Shown here one piece after another: positions 42,794 to 59,868 of a stretch of DNA of 64,000 nucleotides. Under the pieces are notes generated by a model. The model worked only from the letters and a program-made list of their open reading frames with translations. It had not been told where the DNA came from and ran no database searches. Positions within the stretch are counted from its first letter, which is position 1, and the number at the start of each line of letters is the position of its first letter. The translations under genes and the position numbers were made by a program. This DNA comes from the human T2T-CHM13v2.0 reference genome, Homo sapiens, in NCBI RefSeq assembly GCF_009914755.1, contig NC_060930.1; one strand, 5' to 3'.

Positions 42794-43123
42794 CTAAGCC
42801 AAGAAGATCTGGGAAGGAGTCAGAGAGCCTTGGGCCAGAGTTCCAGGGGCTCTGGGAGTGGCTGCCAGGTGAGTTGGACAGTCTGATTTCCAGTGGTGTC
42901 CCGCACAGATGGGACTCGGTTTTGGAGGAATCCTGGGCTGCAGGCATTCCTTGGCCTGGTGGCCAGATTTCTGGCACTTGTAGCAAGCTCCTGGTGGAGG
43001 AGGTTCTGGAGGAACACCTGGCTGCTGCGGTTCAGGCGTTTGGAAGTTGTGTGCTGGAGATGTGGCTGGGGTTTGTCTCCCAGTGGAGGTAAGGAATTGC
43101 AACTTTTTTCTATTATTGTACAC
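42794..43123 (-). pseudogene. gag: HERV-H gag nucleocapsid remnant
   Basis: CCHC finger CYKCQKSGHQAKEC plus a degenerate second finger (SPICAGHHWKSDC). Confidence 0.88.
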
Positions 43124-44094
43124 CTTGAAGACAAGGTTAATTAAGTCCTGTTGTGGGGTTTGAGGGCTGGAATTTAATTTTTGGAGTTTTATTTAATGTT
43201 GGGAGCAGATTGGGTAATAAAATATATTTTGAGAATAAGATGGCCTTTTGACCTTTTAGGGTCTAGGGCTGTAAAGCGTCTCAGGGTTGCTGCCGAATGA
43301 GCCATGAACTGGGCTGGGTTTTTCATATTTGATGAAAGAGCCTAAACGCTCACTGATTTGGGAGACGTCTGATAAAGAAAAAGGAGCATTAACCTTGACT
43401 ATGCCTTTAGCTCCAGCCACCTTTTTAAGAGGAAATTGCTGGGCAGGTGGGAGAGGGCTACTCACAGAATGAAACTGTAAACTGGACCAGGTGTGAGGAG
43501 GGGAGGTGATAAAAAGATTATAGGGTGGAGGAGCCGAGGCTGAGGAAGAATTGGGACCTAGCTTGGCCTAGCGAGGAGCAGCCTGGGGAGGAGGGGAGAG
43601 GTCAGATGGGTCTGTAGAAAAGGAAGATTAGAAAGACTCAGCAATTGTTTGGGGTTGGGACTGAGGGGATAGGTGGGAGGGAAAGAAGGAAGATTTGGGA
43701 CAAGTTGCACTGGGCACACAGACTAGGGAGGGACCGATGTGTAAAAGAATTCCTGGACGTCAGGCACCTCATACCATTTGCCTATTTTACCACAAGAATT
43801 ATTTAGGTCTTGTAGGATGGAGAAATCGAAAGTGCCGTTTTCTGGCCATTTGGAACTACTGTCGAGTTTGTAATGGGGTCAAGCGGCATTGCAGAAGAAA
43901 ATAAGGCATTTGCGTTTTAGGTCAGGTGTGAGTTGAAGAGGTTTTAAGTTCTTAAGAACACAGGCTAAGGGAGAAGAAGGAGGAATGGAGGGTGGAAGGT
44001 TGCCCATAGTGAAGGAGGCAAGCCCAGAGAAAAGAGAGAGTAGAGACACAGAGAGAAGGGATTCAGGGGTTCTTACCCTCCAGAAAAGTGGGAA

Positions 44095-44550
44095 AGGGGT
44101 CAAGGCACAGAGATACGAGGTCAGGGCACGGAAATAAGGGATTGGGGTGCAGAGATATAAGAGGTTGGGGCACGGAAATAAGGGATCCGGGCGCAGAGAT
44201 ATAAGAGGTTGGGGTGCAGAAATAAGGCATGAGGCGCAGCGATATAAGAGGTTGGGGTGCGGAAATAAGGGATGGGGCGCAGAGATACAGGTTGGGGTGC
44301 GGAAATAAGGGATCAAGGCACAGAGATATAAGAGGTTGGGGCGTGGAAATAAGGGATCGGGGTGCAGAGATATAAGAGGTTGGGGTGCGGAAATAAGGGA
44401 TGGGGCGCGGAGATAGAGGTTGGGGTGCGGAAATAAGGGATGGAGCGCAGAGATATAAGAGGTTGGGGTGCAGAAATAAGGGATCGAGGTGCAGAGATAT
44501 AAGAGGTTGGAGTGCAGAAATAAGGGATGGGGTGCAGAGATATAAGGGGT
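44095..44550. repeat. ~41-45-bp tandem array (~10 units) in the HERV-H leader
   Basis: GCAGAGATATAAGAGGTTGGGGTGCGGAAATAAGGGAT unit; ten GAAATAAGG cores counted. Confidence 0.9.
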
Positions 44551-45134
44551 ACTTGCCCCTCCCCCAGAAAAGCGGGACTTGCCGCTAAGGGTGAAGGAGA
44601 AGGGGTTGGGGGTTTCTTGCCCCACAGAAAGGCAGAGAAGGGTAGAGACACGGAGAGAAGGGGTTGGGGTACTTGGCCCTTCCCCAGAAAAGCAGGACTT
44701 GCCGCTAAGGGTGAAGGACCAAGGCAGGCGTCCCTGCGTGGTCTGACACCTCTGAAACCTGGGTGAATAATCAGAGAGGCGCCCCTGCAATGATTAAACA
44801 CCAAGGGAAGGCTGCCTTCCCTAGGCCATGACTGGCGCCGGAGTTTTGGGTCCACGGATAAAACGTGTCTCCTTTGTCTCTACCAGAAAATGAAAGGAAT
44901 TGAAATTAAAAGAAGGGAGAGATTGAAGTGTGGTGCCAAGATTCAAAGGAGAAAGAGGTTGAGGGATAGTGAGGGAGGTTGGAGAAGAGAGTAAAAAGAG
45001 GCCGCTTACTGCATTTGAAATTGGTGAGATGTTTCTTGGGCTGGTGGGTCTGAGGACCTGAGGTCATAGGTGGATCCTTCTCACGGAGCAAAGAGCAGGA
45101 GGACAGGGGATTGATCTCCCAAGGGAGGTCCCCG

Positions 45135-45152
45135 ATCCGAGTCACGGCACCA
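45135..45152 (-). other. Primer-binding site, tRNA-His
   Basis: Minus strand TGGTGCCGTGACTCGGAT, 2 nt after the 5' LTR. Confidence 0.95.
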
Positions 45153-45154
45153 AA

Positions 45155-45565
45155 TTTCATGTGCATCCGTGTGAAGAGACCACCAAACAGGCTTTATGTG
45201 AGCAATAAAGCTTTTAATCACCTGGGTGCAGGTGGGCTGAGTCCGAAAAGAGAGTCAGCAAAGGGAGATGGGGTGGGGCCGTTTTATAGGATTTGAGTAG
45301 GTAAAGGAAAATTACAGTCAAAGGGGGTTTGTTCTCTGGTGGGCAGAGTGGGGGTCACAGGGTGCTCAGTAGGGGAGCTTTTGAGCCAGGATGAGCCAGG
45401 AGAAGGAATTTCACAAGACGATGTCATCAGTTAAGGCAGGAACAGGCCATTTTCACTTCTTTTGTGGTGGAATGTCATCAGTTAAGGCAGGATCCAGCCA
45501 TCTGGATGTGTAAGTGCAGGTCACAGGGGGATATGATGGCTTAGTTTGGGCTCAGAGGCCTGACA
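45155..45565 (-). promoter_or_regulatory. HERV-H 5' LTR (LTR7)
   Basis: Same sequence family as the 3' LTR; TATA CCTATAAAA at 45282-45290 (minus). Confidence 0.97.
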
Positions 45566-45806
45566 GCATCTATCTGAACATCTAATATAAATGTTCCTAA
45601 AATTTTCTATTCCTTTTGGAGCAATCTGGGTCAGTTTGGAGGTTTTCTGGCTAAGGCGTTGGATGAGTCTACACACTGGCTTTCCTGTGCTTCTGCTCTG
45701 GCCGGTTCAGAAGTCTGCTTCAGAGCGGGTTTATTGCCAAACAGAATGGAATCCTTCTCCTGGGGCTTTTTTCTTGGCATCCATTGAAATGTAAATGGTA
45801 CTACCC

Positions 45807-46110
45807 TCATGTTTTCCAAATTGAGTGTCACAGAACACAAATATCCAATGGGATGCTAATGGGAGTTCTGAAAAGAAAAAAAAAAACGTATTCTGAAGTT
45901 AAATGAGTTTGGAAAACTCCCCGTACCCGGAGATTATCATGCATATTAGCACGTTAAGAACCTGAGACATTCTTTAGTGAATGATTCCATTATTTTGTGT
46001 AGCCAGAACTTGTCAAACCTATTTAATCACAGAACCTTCTTTACTGATTAATACTTATTAACATTTTGCAGGACACTAGTATTCTGTTTATCTCAGTTTG
46101 GGAGACACAG
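45807..46110. mobile_element. Old hAT-Charlie-type MITE
   Basis: TIR-like ends CATGTTTTCCAAA ... TTTGGGAGACACAG; subfamily uncertain. Confidence 0.4.
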
Positions 46111-46550
46111 GAAGATTGCTTTCTCATGGTTCTTTTCCTAATCCCCTACTTAGACAGTCAAAAGAAGACTTTTTTGTTATTGTTGCTGCTGTTTAGTTAT
46201 TGTCTTGTAATTCAACACAATTTAATAATATTAAGGATCAGTTTTACTAGTGAGACTCAAACTGCAGATGTATTGCCAAACCTCTGCAGGTCTCCTGAAG
46301 GTCGCAGTCACTTTGAGCAGCTACTCTCTGGCCGTTTCTTTCACAGTACGCTCTCTGAGATTGGCCTGGGAAGATTCTTCCTCAGAATAAGTTTTCATTA
46401 GCTTTCTACTTCTTTCTTGCTGCTGCCCTGGAAATTGTGATGGCTGTAGGCTTTTGTATGACTGTCTTCATGGCCCATTTTTTATTCACTTACACTGATA
46501 TTTCCTCCTTTATCCTCACAGAAACAGATTTGACTTCAGTAAACAAATAC

Positions 46551-47073
46551 TGTTACCAGAAAGGGGTCCTGATCCAGACCACGAGAGAGTGTTCTTGGAT
46601 CTCACGCAAGAAAGAATTAAAGGCAAATCCATAGAGTAAAGTGAAAGCAAGTTTATTAAAAAAGTAAAGGAGTGAAAGAATGGCTACTCCATAGGCAGAG
46701 CAGCAGCACGGGCTGCTCTTTGGCTATTTTATGGTTATTTCTTGATTATATGCTAAACGAGGGGTGGATTATTCATGAGTTTTCTGGGAAAGGGGTGGGG
46801 GCAATTCCCGGAATTGAGGGTTCCTCCCCATTGTAGAGCATGTAGGGTAACTTTCTGATGTTGCCTTGGCATTTGTAAACAGTCATGGCACTGGTGGGAA
46901 TGTCTTTTAACATGCTAATGTATTATAATTAGTGTGTATTAAGCAGTGAGGATGACCAGAGGTCTCTTTCCTTGCCTTCTTGGTTTTGGTGGGATTTGGC
47001 CAGCTCCTTTACCGTATGCTGTTTTATCAGCAAGGTCTTTGTGACCTGTATCTTGTGCCAGCCTCCTATCTCA
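46551..47073 (-). mobile_element. MER41B-type LTR, 5'-truncated
   Basis: TGTTACCAGAAAGGGGTCCTGATCCAGACC...; reverse complement aligns with 38599-39218 but lacks its first ~110 bp. Confidence 0.9.
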
Positions 47074-48699
47074 AGGTCTCAAGGTTGCACAGAATGTCAG
47101 CAGCAGGACTTGTTAGTAGCCTGGAATTTATGTCGATCAACTCTTTATCTTGTGTCAAGAATATCTGGGCCAGTGCAACGTAAAAACACTCAGGAACAGA
47201 GATGCGACACAACTCTTGCCCCTTCCTTCTGTCCTGTCTGAACACATTCCTCACAAAATAGGCTTATCCAAATATTGGAAATAATGCTTTATTCAGATTA
47301 GAACACATATCCTGACATGAATTCTGAAGCTGTCATCTGTAAATTCATGGCTTTTGCTGTAAATTGGGGATGAGGACATCCTTTTCCTCTGGGTTCTAAG
47401 AAATTCGTAAGTTAGAGATAAACAGAGTCACAGCAGTTGCTTCATCATTGCCTGGAGCAAATTCAAATTTATTGAAACCTTTAGGGCTTCCAGTAAGATA
47501 ATTTAGCTACTCAGGCCTGAAGTCTACTCAGGCCTCCTACTCCTACTTCAAGTTAGCTGTTGGGACCTGCCTGTGGGGACAGCTGTGTCTGCAATGCAGA
47601 GTCACAGTCAATTTATCTGGCCAGGTGGGGGAGCACAGTGCTGCATCCTTGGATAAGACAGATGGAAGGTTGCTTAAAGGGGCTGGAGCTGCATGATTGT
47701 GCTTATTTCAGAAGTAACAGACCCATAGCTCAACATTCCAGAGCATATATCAAGAGACCAGAGATTCTGAACCTGCTAAGAAACAGTACTGTCATGGCAG
47801 TTGTTAAAATGCTAAAATATTTCTAGAGTGGTTTATTAAGGTCTGTTGCCCCCAGGTTTCCCCATGACCCAGAAACTAAGGGGTTAATTAATGCCAAGTA
47901 AGGCAGGGGCTTCTAGGGCCTGATGATCTGTAAGGCTACTAAGAACCTTGCACTTCAATTCACTCCTGACTGCAGAGAGGGTTTACGGACACCTTCTTCT
48001 TCTACATTTCTACCTCAGTCTGTTGAGGAAGGACTTCCTGCCAACCTTCTTCTAGATGATTCTGCAACAATGCCCAGGCTTTTTGCCTCTTTCTCCACAC
48101 CTTGTGTTTTCTTTCTGGAGCACCTGAGTCTATTCTGATTGTGGAATATTGGCCATATTGTCATCCCTAGTCACTGCTGGTTCCAGTTAACCCAACAGAG
48201 AACAGCCCAGAGAGTCCCCCTCACCCACATTCTTACTTCTTTCCCCATCTTTGTAGGCCATAGGGAACTTCTGGGGAACATCTGTGGAGGTCCCAGCATG
48301 CCAGCCCTAGGCCCTGCATTTCAACCTTTGCCTGGCAGAGAGGACAGGGGTCTCAGTAGGGAAGATTGTGCTCCTGGCAATAGACAAATGCCTGGGGTTC
48401 ACGTGGCCAACAGGCCAGGGCTGTCCACCAGGGGCCAGTGTTAACTGGAGCTGCCGCTATTAGCCATTCATAGAAACAGCCACCCCTACAGGATGCTAGC
48501 TGTTATGGGCCAGAGAAATACAAGGAGATCAGATGGCACAGGTGGATAATATTTTCAAGGGTACCTTTGGCCAAATATATGTCAGATGCTTGCCTGCCCC
48601 AGGGACTAGTGCCCCATCCCTTAAAGAGGAGTAGGTATTCACCAGATTTCCACAGGGAACAGCACAAATTCATGGGACACTTGAGTTTCATAGGGAACT

Positions 48700-48964
48700 G
48701 TGAGTAGTAAGACAAATTGTCAGGTCGTGGGGTGCATACGGAGGAGTGCAGAGAAGAGAAGATGAAGGCAGTAGACAAAGTCCTCATCGTGAGGGGCCTT
48801 GCCTGATGTTCTCAGGGGTTTTCATTGTTTATTGCAGCTCAGGAGTGGTGTAGCTAGGAAAGGTTTAATTCAGACGATTGACACAATGAGATGTGTGTTT
48901 TGGAAAAAATCACCTTGTTGCAGGAACTAAAAGAAGGATACAGTAGACATTGCAGTAACCACAG

Positions 48965-49005
<41 letters not shown>

Positions 49006-49450
49006 TTCAAAGGTGGTGAGGCCTGTGGGGCATTGTGAGGGGGTGTCACATTTCCAGATAAATTTAGTGAGTAGAATCAACATACCTGAAAGCAGGTAGA
49101 CTGCATGGACATGGAGTAAAAGGGTAAAGAAGGCATTTAAGACTCTTCTGGGCCCTGGTTTAAGCAGCTGGAGTGATGTGCCATTCAAAGAAACTAGAAC
49201 TATGCTCACATAGTTCTCGTGAAATTCTACAGGACTATGATGTTTTGGGTGCAAACCAATTCAGCATAAAGTGCTTAGAGGCCTCCAGGTTTTCTCATCC
49301 TTTTAGGAATGTGGAGCTAGATAGAGTGAACTCTATCCAGAGATCTCTAAATCCAGAGATTGGAGCTGGAGACAGAGGTTGGAGAACATTCAGTATGGGA
49401 GGCATTTAAAACTCATCACAGCAAGATTCCTTGGAGAGTGCGTGGAGAGA
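48700..49450 (-). mobile_element. L2 fragment containing (CA)n at ~48962-49000
   Basis: Purine-rich antisense L2 pattern (TGGTTTAAGCAGCTGGAGTGATGTGCCATTCA). Confidence 0.5.
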
Positions 49451-51407
49451 GGCCGGAGTGCTGGAATTACATATGGTGCAGCTACAGGTTTCACATGACC
49501 CTGGAGACTTAACATATTTCACCTGTAGCTCTGCATCCTAAAATAATTATCTAGTAGCACTGACTGCTTACAGCTGGAAATACTATGGTACCCACTAGGT
49601 CGACTCCTCTGGTGAAATATTAACATGTAAAGGCTAGTCGAGCATTCAGATCTCTTCATTCTTTCATAGAGCCCTGCTTCCACCTCCACAGGATCTTTAT
49701 GTGTTCTGGTCCTGGTTTTTGGAACAGTCCAGCCAATCCAATTTAGCTTAAACCCTCCTAGTGTTTCCTCTCCATTCAAAGCTCAACTCTAGCTCTGTCC
49801 TTCCCAGCCTAGGTCATTTTCCTTTCCTTCACAGTGCTCTTCCTAAATTGTAGTTTTTCCTTATTTTTTTGTTGGAGAACATAACAAAGTAGAAAAAGTG
49901 ATGGATTTAAGTCCCTTTTGCCAGCTGCTAGTGAGAGCAGTCGTCAACTTGTTGCTGATTTTGATCTGTCTGTGCCCCTACTTCATTTTGTGTGACTCTT
50001 TTAAAACATATTACATCAATTCCTGTCCTTCTCCTCTAGAACTTCATTATACATGATACGTTTCTAAGAAACATCTATAATCTCTATTGTGACATCACTT
50101 CCTAACAAAATTAACAAAATATGGAATGCCTAGTCCCTATTTAATGTCCTCTGACTGCTTTGAATGTATGCTTATAGCTGGTTTGCTCAAATCAGGATCC
50201 AAACTGGTACATCTAGTTGTTAAAATCCCTTGTTTCTTTTATTGTATATTTCAACTTTCTTTTTTATATCTTGTTTTTTAGAAAAACCAAATTATTTTTC
50301 TGATACACTTGATCACTTGCTTCCTTATGATACTTTTAAAAACCTATTTCAAATATTTAGGCAAAAATGATTCTGAAGCATTTCCCATTGCATCTCATCA
50401 TCCAGCTCATAATATTTGGTTGATCCACTTTTTGAGATTATTGAGCTCAGGTGGTATCCGTTTGATCTATTCTTTTAAAAGTTTCTCATCAAAATTTAGC
50501 TGATAGATTTTATATCCAGTGAAATTTCTGCCCAGAGCCAGATTGTCATTAGAGGTGGCAAAAATGATTTCCTGATACCATCAATCCTTCTATGTTTATT
50601 AGGTATAATTTTTCTATAAGAAAAACTTATCCTTATATGAAAGCCGATTATACTAAAAATAGCTTGTATCAGAAAGACAGATTAAATACTCAAGTCTTTA
50701 TCAGTTTTGTGAATAATGACTTGTTGCTCTAACAACCTGCAATGTTGACCATTTTAATGGTCACGTTGTCTTAACTTCAGTCACTTGTAGTCAGAGTTTC
50801 TATATTTTGCTGTCTTTGTTCTTTGACATTATTCCATTGATCATTCATTGTTTCCTTGCTTTGAAAAACTATGATGTTCAGGATCATCTTTTATTTGCCT
50901 TAGACAAGAAATTAGACATTGCTTCAAATACCTCTCATCCCTTTTAATGGAAAATGTTATTCAGAGACCATGATCTAAGTGCTAGAAGTGTTTGTTGGGT
51001 TGTCATTTATTCTATATCTTTTTAGTACGTTTTAATAGCAAAAACTTCATGAGCTCATACTAGTTCTTCCAATTCATTTTTAAGATTATTAATTCATTGA
51101 TTTTGTATTTTTATCTATTTTCTATTGTCTGGTAAATCTTTATTTCTACCAGTATTAGTAAATTATGTATTTGTTTTCTCTTATAATAGTCATTTCAAGA
51201 TCACAATAGTACTATTCCTGAAAAAATAAAGACTACCGAATGCAATTTCAGATTTACATATCTTGTGTCCCTCAGTGTGTATTTTATCAGAACAAAAACA
51301 TTTTTATGTAACCGCAATTCAATTAGCAACTTTTTAGATCAGTTCTGTGTCTAGTTTTGAGCTCACATTAAAATTTCAATAATATTCTTTTAGAGCTATT
51401 TCTCTCA

Positions 51408-51560
51408 TTGGATGCATAAAAAAGAGCACTTGATAAAATTCAACACCTACCCTTGATAAAACCTCTCAACAAATTTGGAACAGAAGGGAACTTTCTCCAC
51501 TTAATAAATGCCATATTTGAAAAACCTATAGTTAACATTATACTTTTTGGTGACTCATTA
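51408..51560 (+). mobile_element. L1 ORF2 fragment
   Basis: GATAAAATTCAACACC...GAAGGGAACTTTCTCCACTTAATAAA; translation KPLNKFGTEGNFLHLINAIFEKPIVNIIL. Confidence 0.75.
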
Positions 51561-52639
51561 AATAATTCCTCTCAAAAATTTTCTGGCAAAATGTACCAAA
51601 TGACAAGGCTATTCACTTCAGCATTTTTGTTGTTATTGCAAACACTGAGAACAAATTTAAAAATTATTTATAAAGAGAAGATTGTGGAATAACCAATGGC
51701 CAACACAGTGGTACACTCTCTAGGTACAAAAAGTAATGAGAAAAAATGCTATAGGAGATCCAATATCTGGCTACTTCTGGTAATCCTACAGTCTTTTCAA
51801 ATATTTATTACAAATTTTGTCCATAAATTGTAGGATTCTGTGGCAAGATGTTAGTTCCATCTTTATATTCCATTTTCTCTAGTGAGAGTCCTCCACTAAG
51901 CTGTTAAAGCGCTAATAGGTTTCTCCAGACACTGCTATTATTAACAAATTAACATGAGGAACACTTAAGAAGGAGGAGTGGGAGGGTTAATGTGGGGAAT
52001 CTTCTCCCTTCATATTTCTTTTATGATGCACATTTTGAAGAAAAGAATAGATTTCAATTTTATGAAATATTAATTGAACATCTTTCCCTCCTCCTCACCA
52101 GCATCAAAGTTATTAATAAAATGTTCAAGAATAAGGAAGTAGGTGCTGCAGTTGCAATTCACTGTTACATCTGAACAGAAGAAAGAGTGTCAAGCCTTAG
52201 GAAAACTTTACAGAAAAATTTGAGCAGTAGGTTTCAAAAGTGTGGATGGTCTAGCAAGACAGAAACAGAATGAAACAGAATGAAAATAAACACAAACAAA
52301 TCTTGCAAATTAACAGAAGATTCTAAATATTATAATTTAAAATATAAACTATGATTTCTTGTACTAGATTAACTAGAAGGAAACCAAAGTAAAGAGATAA
52401 ATTTGGTCTAATAAATACAATTATAAATGTAAATGTTACTGGTTGTGTTGGGAGCGGGGAAATGATTATTCTGCTGGCTATTTTTCAGGTGTCTTACATG
52501 CACTCATTTCTATATAAATCTCAGTCCAGCCAAACAGATACAGTAGCCATTTTCAGACATAGTATTAAAATCTAGAGAATTTAAATTAGTTGCCCAAATT
52601 CAAAGGATTGTTAAGTATGAGAACCAAGACTCTTAACAT

Positions 52640-53190
52640 TTTATTGTATGATTGTATCATATTTATTCATAAAGCTATGGTTCATGGGCATTTGAGTTAT
52701 TTATTTCTACTTTTTTGTTATTATAATGTGTTGCTAGGAACATAGCAAACATATACACTAATTTAGGGGGGACCATAACACAGAATTGGAATTGGTGAGT
52801 AATAAAGAAAATAAATATTCACTTTAGTAGATATTGCCAAACATTTATGCAAAACAGCTAAAGTATTACACTCCCTCTATCAGAGCATGAGGGTTCCAGT
52901 TGCTCCACATCCTAGAGAATGTTTGATGTTTTTGTCTTTTTTCTATTTAACAATCCTGGGTTTTTTTCATTTAATTCTTACACAGTTTTAACTTTCATTA
53001 CTGTCATGACAAATAAGGTCAATAACTTATTGGTCATTTAATATTCTTTTTAATGAAGTGTCTGTTTAATATTATTCACATTTATTATTATTAATTTGTT
53101 ATCCTCTTTTTAAATTAATGGTAGGATTCATATATATATTCTGGGTGCATGTTCTTTCATGAATAAATGTATTGCAGATATCTTCTCACA
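52640..53190 (-). mobile_element. Old L1 (L1ME-like) fragment
   Basis: GGGTTCCAGTTGCTCCACATCCT, TGAAGTGTCTGTT antisense motifs. Confidence 0.6.
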
Positions 53191-53524
53191 AGAGATAACT
53201 TCTTCTGTGGTATGAAGTATTAAGAGTGTCTTATCACTCTTTCATGAGTGTCTTTTTGTCGTTGTTGTTGCATTCAATTACTATAATTGTATGAAGAATA
53301 GGTGCTCAGTAAATTTTAAATGAGGTATATATGAAGGAAAAACAATTGTAGACTCCTAAAATCAACAGTGTAATTTTTAAAATTCTGAGCAAAGGAATAT
53401 TTATATCAGTTACTATTTTGGAGAGACCATGAATAGAGGCTAATATCAGGAGCCTTTGGTATTATTTATGCACAAATCTTAGCTTTTCTTTGTTTTTGTT
53501 GTTGCTCACTATCATTACCAAGGG

Positions 53525-58582
<5,058 letters not shown>

Positions 58583-58800
58583 TAAAAAGGACTACAACCT
58601 TTTGACCAGTCCTTTAAAAATATATTGTTCATATGTTGTGCTTATATATGGCAAGAATATTGTACTATTTTGAAGAGATTACAAAATGGGGAAAATGGGG
58701 CATATATTTATTATCCTTTTTCTCCAGCAAAACAATGAAGGCTTCTCCAGAAAAACAATGAAGGCTTCTTTCACATCTTTGAGTCTTTTCTATTTCACTG

Positions 58801-58802
<2 letters not shown>

Positions 58803-58835
<33 letters not shown>
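58803..58835. repeat. (TA)n microsatellite
   Basis: Direct reading. Confidence 0.95.
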
Positions 58836-58838
<3 letters not shown>

Positions 58839-59868
58839 TCTATCATATGCTTAAATACAATATTAGAGATAATTATAATAAACATTTAATTAGATCACAA
58901 AGTATGGAAGTATTAGAACAATGTTAACAGACTTGCTTAACCATCTTTTAGATTTCTATGATAATTTGAGAAATTTTATTTGTCACTATTAAATAACCAA
59001 TTTGCCTAAATAATGTAAGTTACATGAAGAAGCTACTCATGTTTCTCATATTGTTGATAATCTATATTCTCCATATATGTCTAAATTATTTATACCAATA
59101 AAAAATAAACCTGATTCTTATTATATATAATTTGGCAGAAGCCAATAGCATATGGAGGTATCTTGTGCAACACAGGCATTTAACATTGAGGGTTACAGCT
59201 CAAAAACTGCACTGTGCAAACATTAATACAGCCTGCCATTTGCCAAGGGAAATACTTTTGTGAGCCTCATTAATTTAATTGGTCCCTGTCATCTAGTTAA
59301 AAAGGAGAAAAGAAGAGCATTTTCTGACAAAACCAAAGATGGTTAAAAGTCCTATTAGATTGTGTAGCACTTCAGAAATTTTCGAGTTAGGAAGGAAATT
59401 GAATTGAGAACATTTAATTTAGCATTTTGTAACACCTGCCTCCCCGTTCACTCCCCACAATCTCTCATATGGTGAATCATAAAATTTCTAACTCAAAAGG
59501 AGTCAGAACTCTTAAATATTAAGAGCTTGCACTAGTTAATCTCTTCTTTTTAATTGCATATAAATGTATTTTATCTCCCGAGGTATAATTGCAAGATTGT
59601 ATCAATTCCACTGTGAATGTTCTTCTAACATCTCTCCAAGCTCCTAGCCTGAAAATCAATGTGGACATCCCTCTGCCTCCCAGAACTGGATGTTTTGCCA
59701 ATTCAAAATTGTTTCCTTCTTCATTCAGTCTCTATTCCCATCAGTGTAGTTGTAAATTTCACCTTGCACTCCTTCTCCATCTTGATATGGAAAGGCAAGA
59801 AAACCTAATCAACCAGTTATTTCCCTGCTTCTGGTTCCCACTTGGTAATGCCACAAGTCTTTTGAAGA

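Larger units (their letters stand above)
39553..45565 (-). mobile_element. HERV-H provirus (deleted RTVL-H2-like form, 6013 bp)
   Basis: Two LTR7, His PBS, gag/pro/pol remnants, polypurine tract; perfect 5-bp TSD GCATC (39548-39552 / 45566-45570). Confidence 0.97.

Noticed and set aside
39965-43500. Functional retroviral gag/pol/env
   Set aside because: Stops, frameshifts and large deletions; RT breaks off before its catalytic motif and no env ORF is present
44095-44550. Regular repeat array superficially like a CRISPR
   Set aside because: Contiguous tandem units without unique spacers, inside a primate ERV; no cas genes
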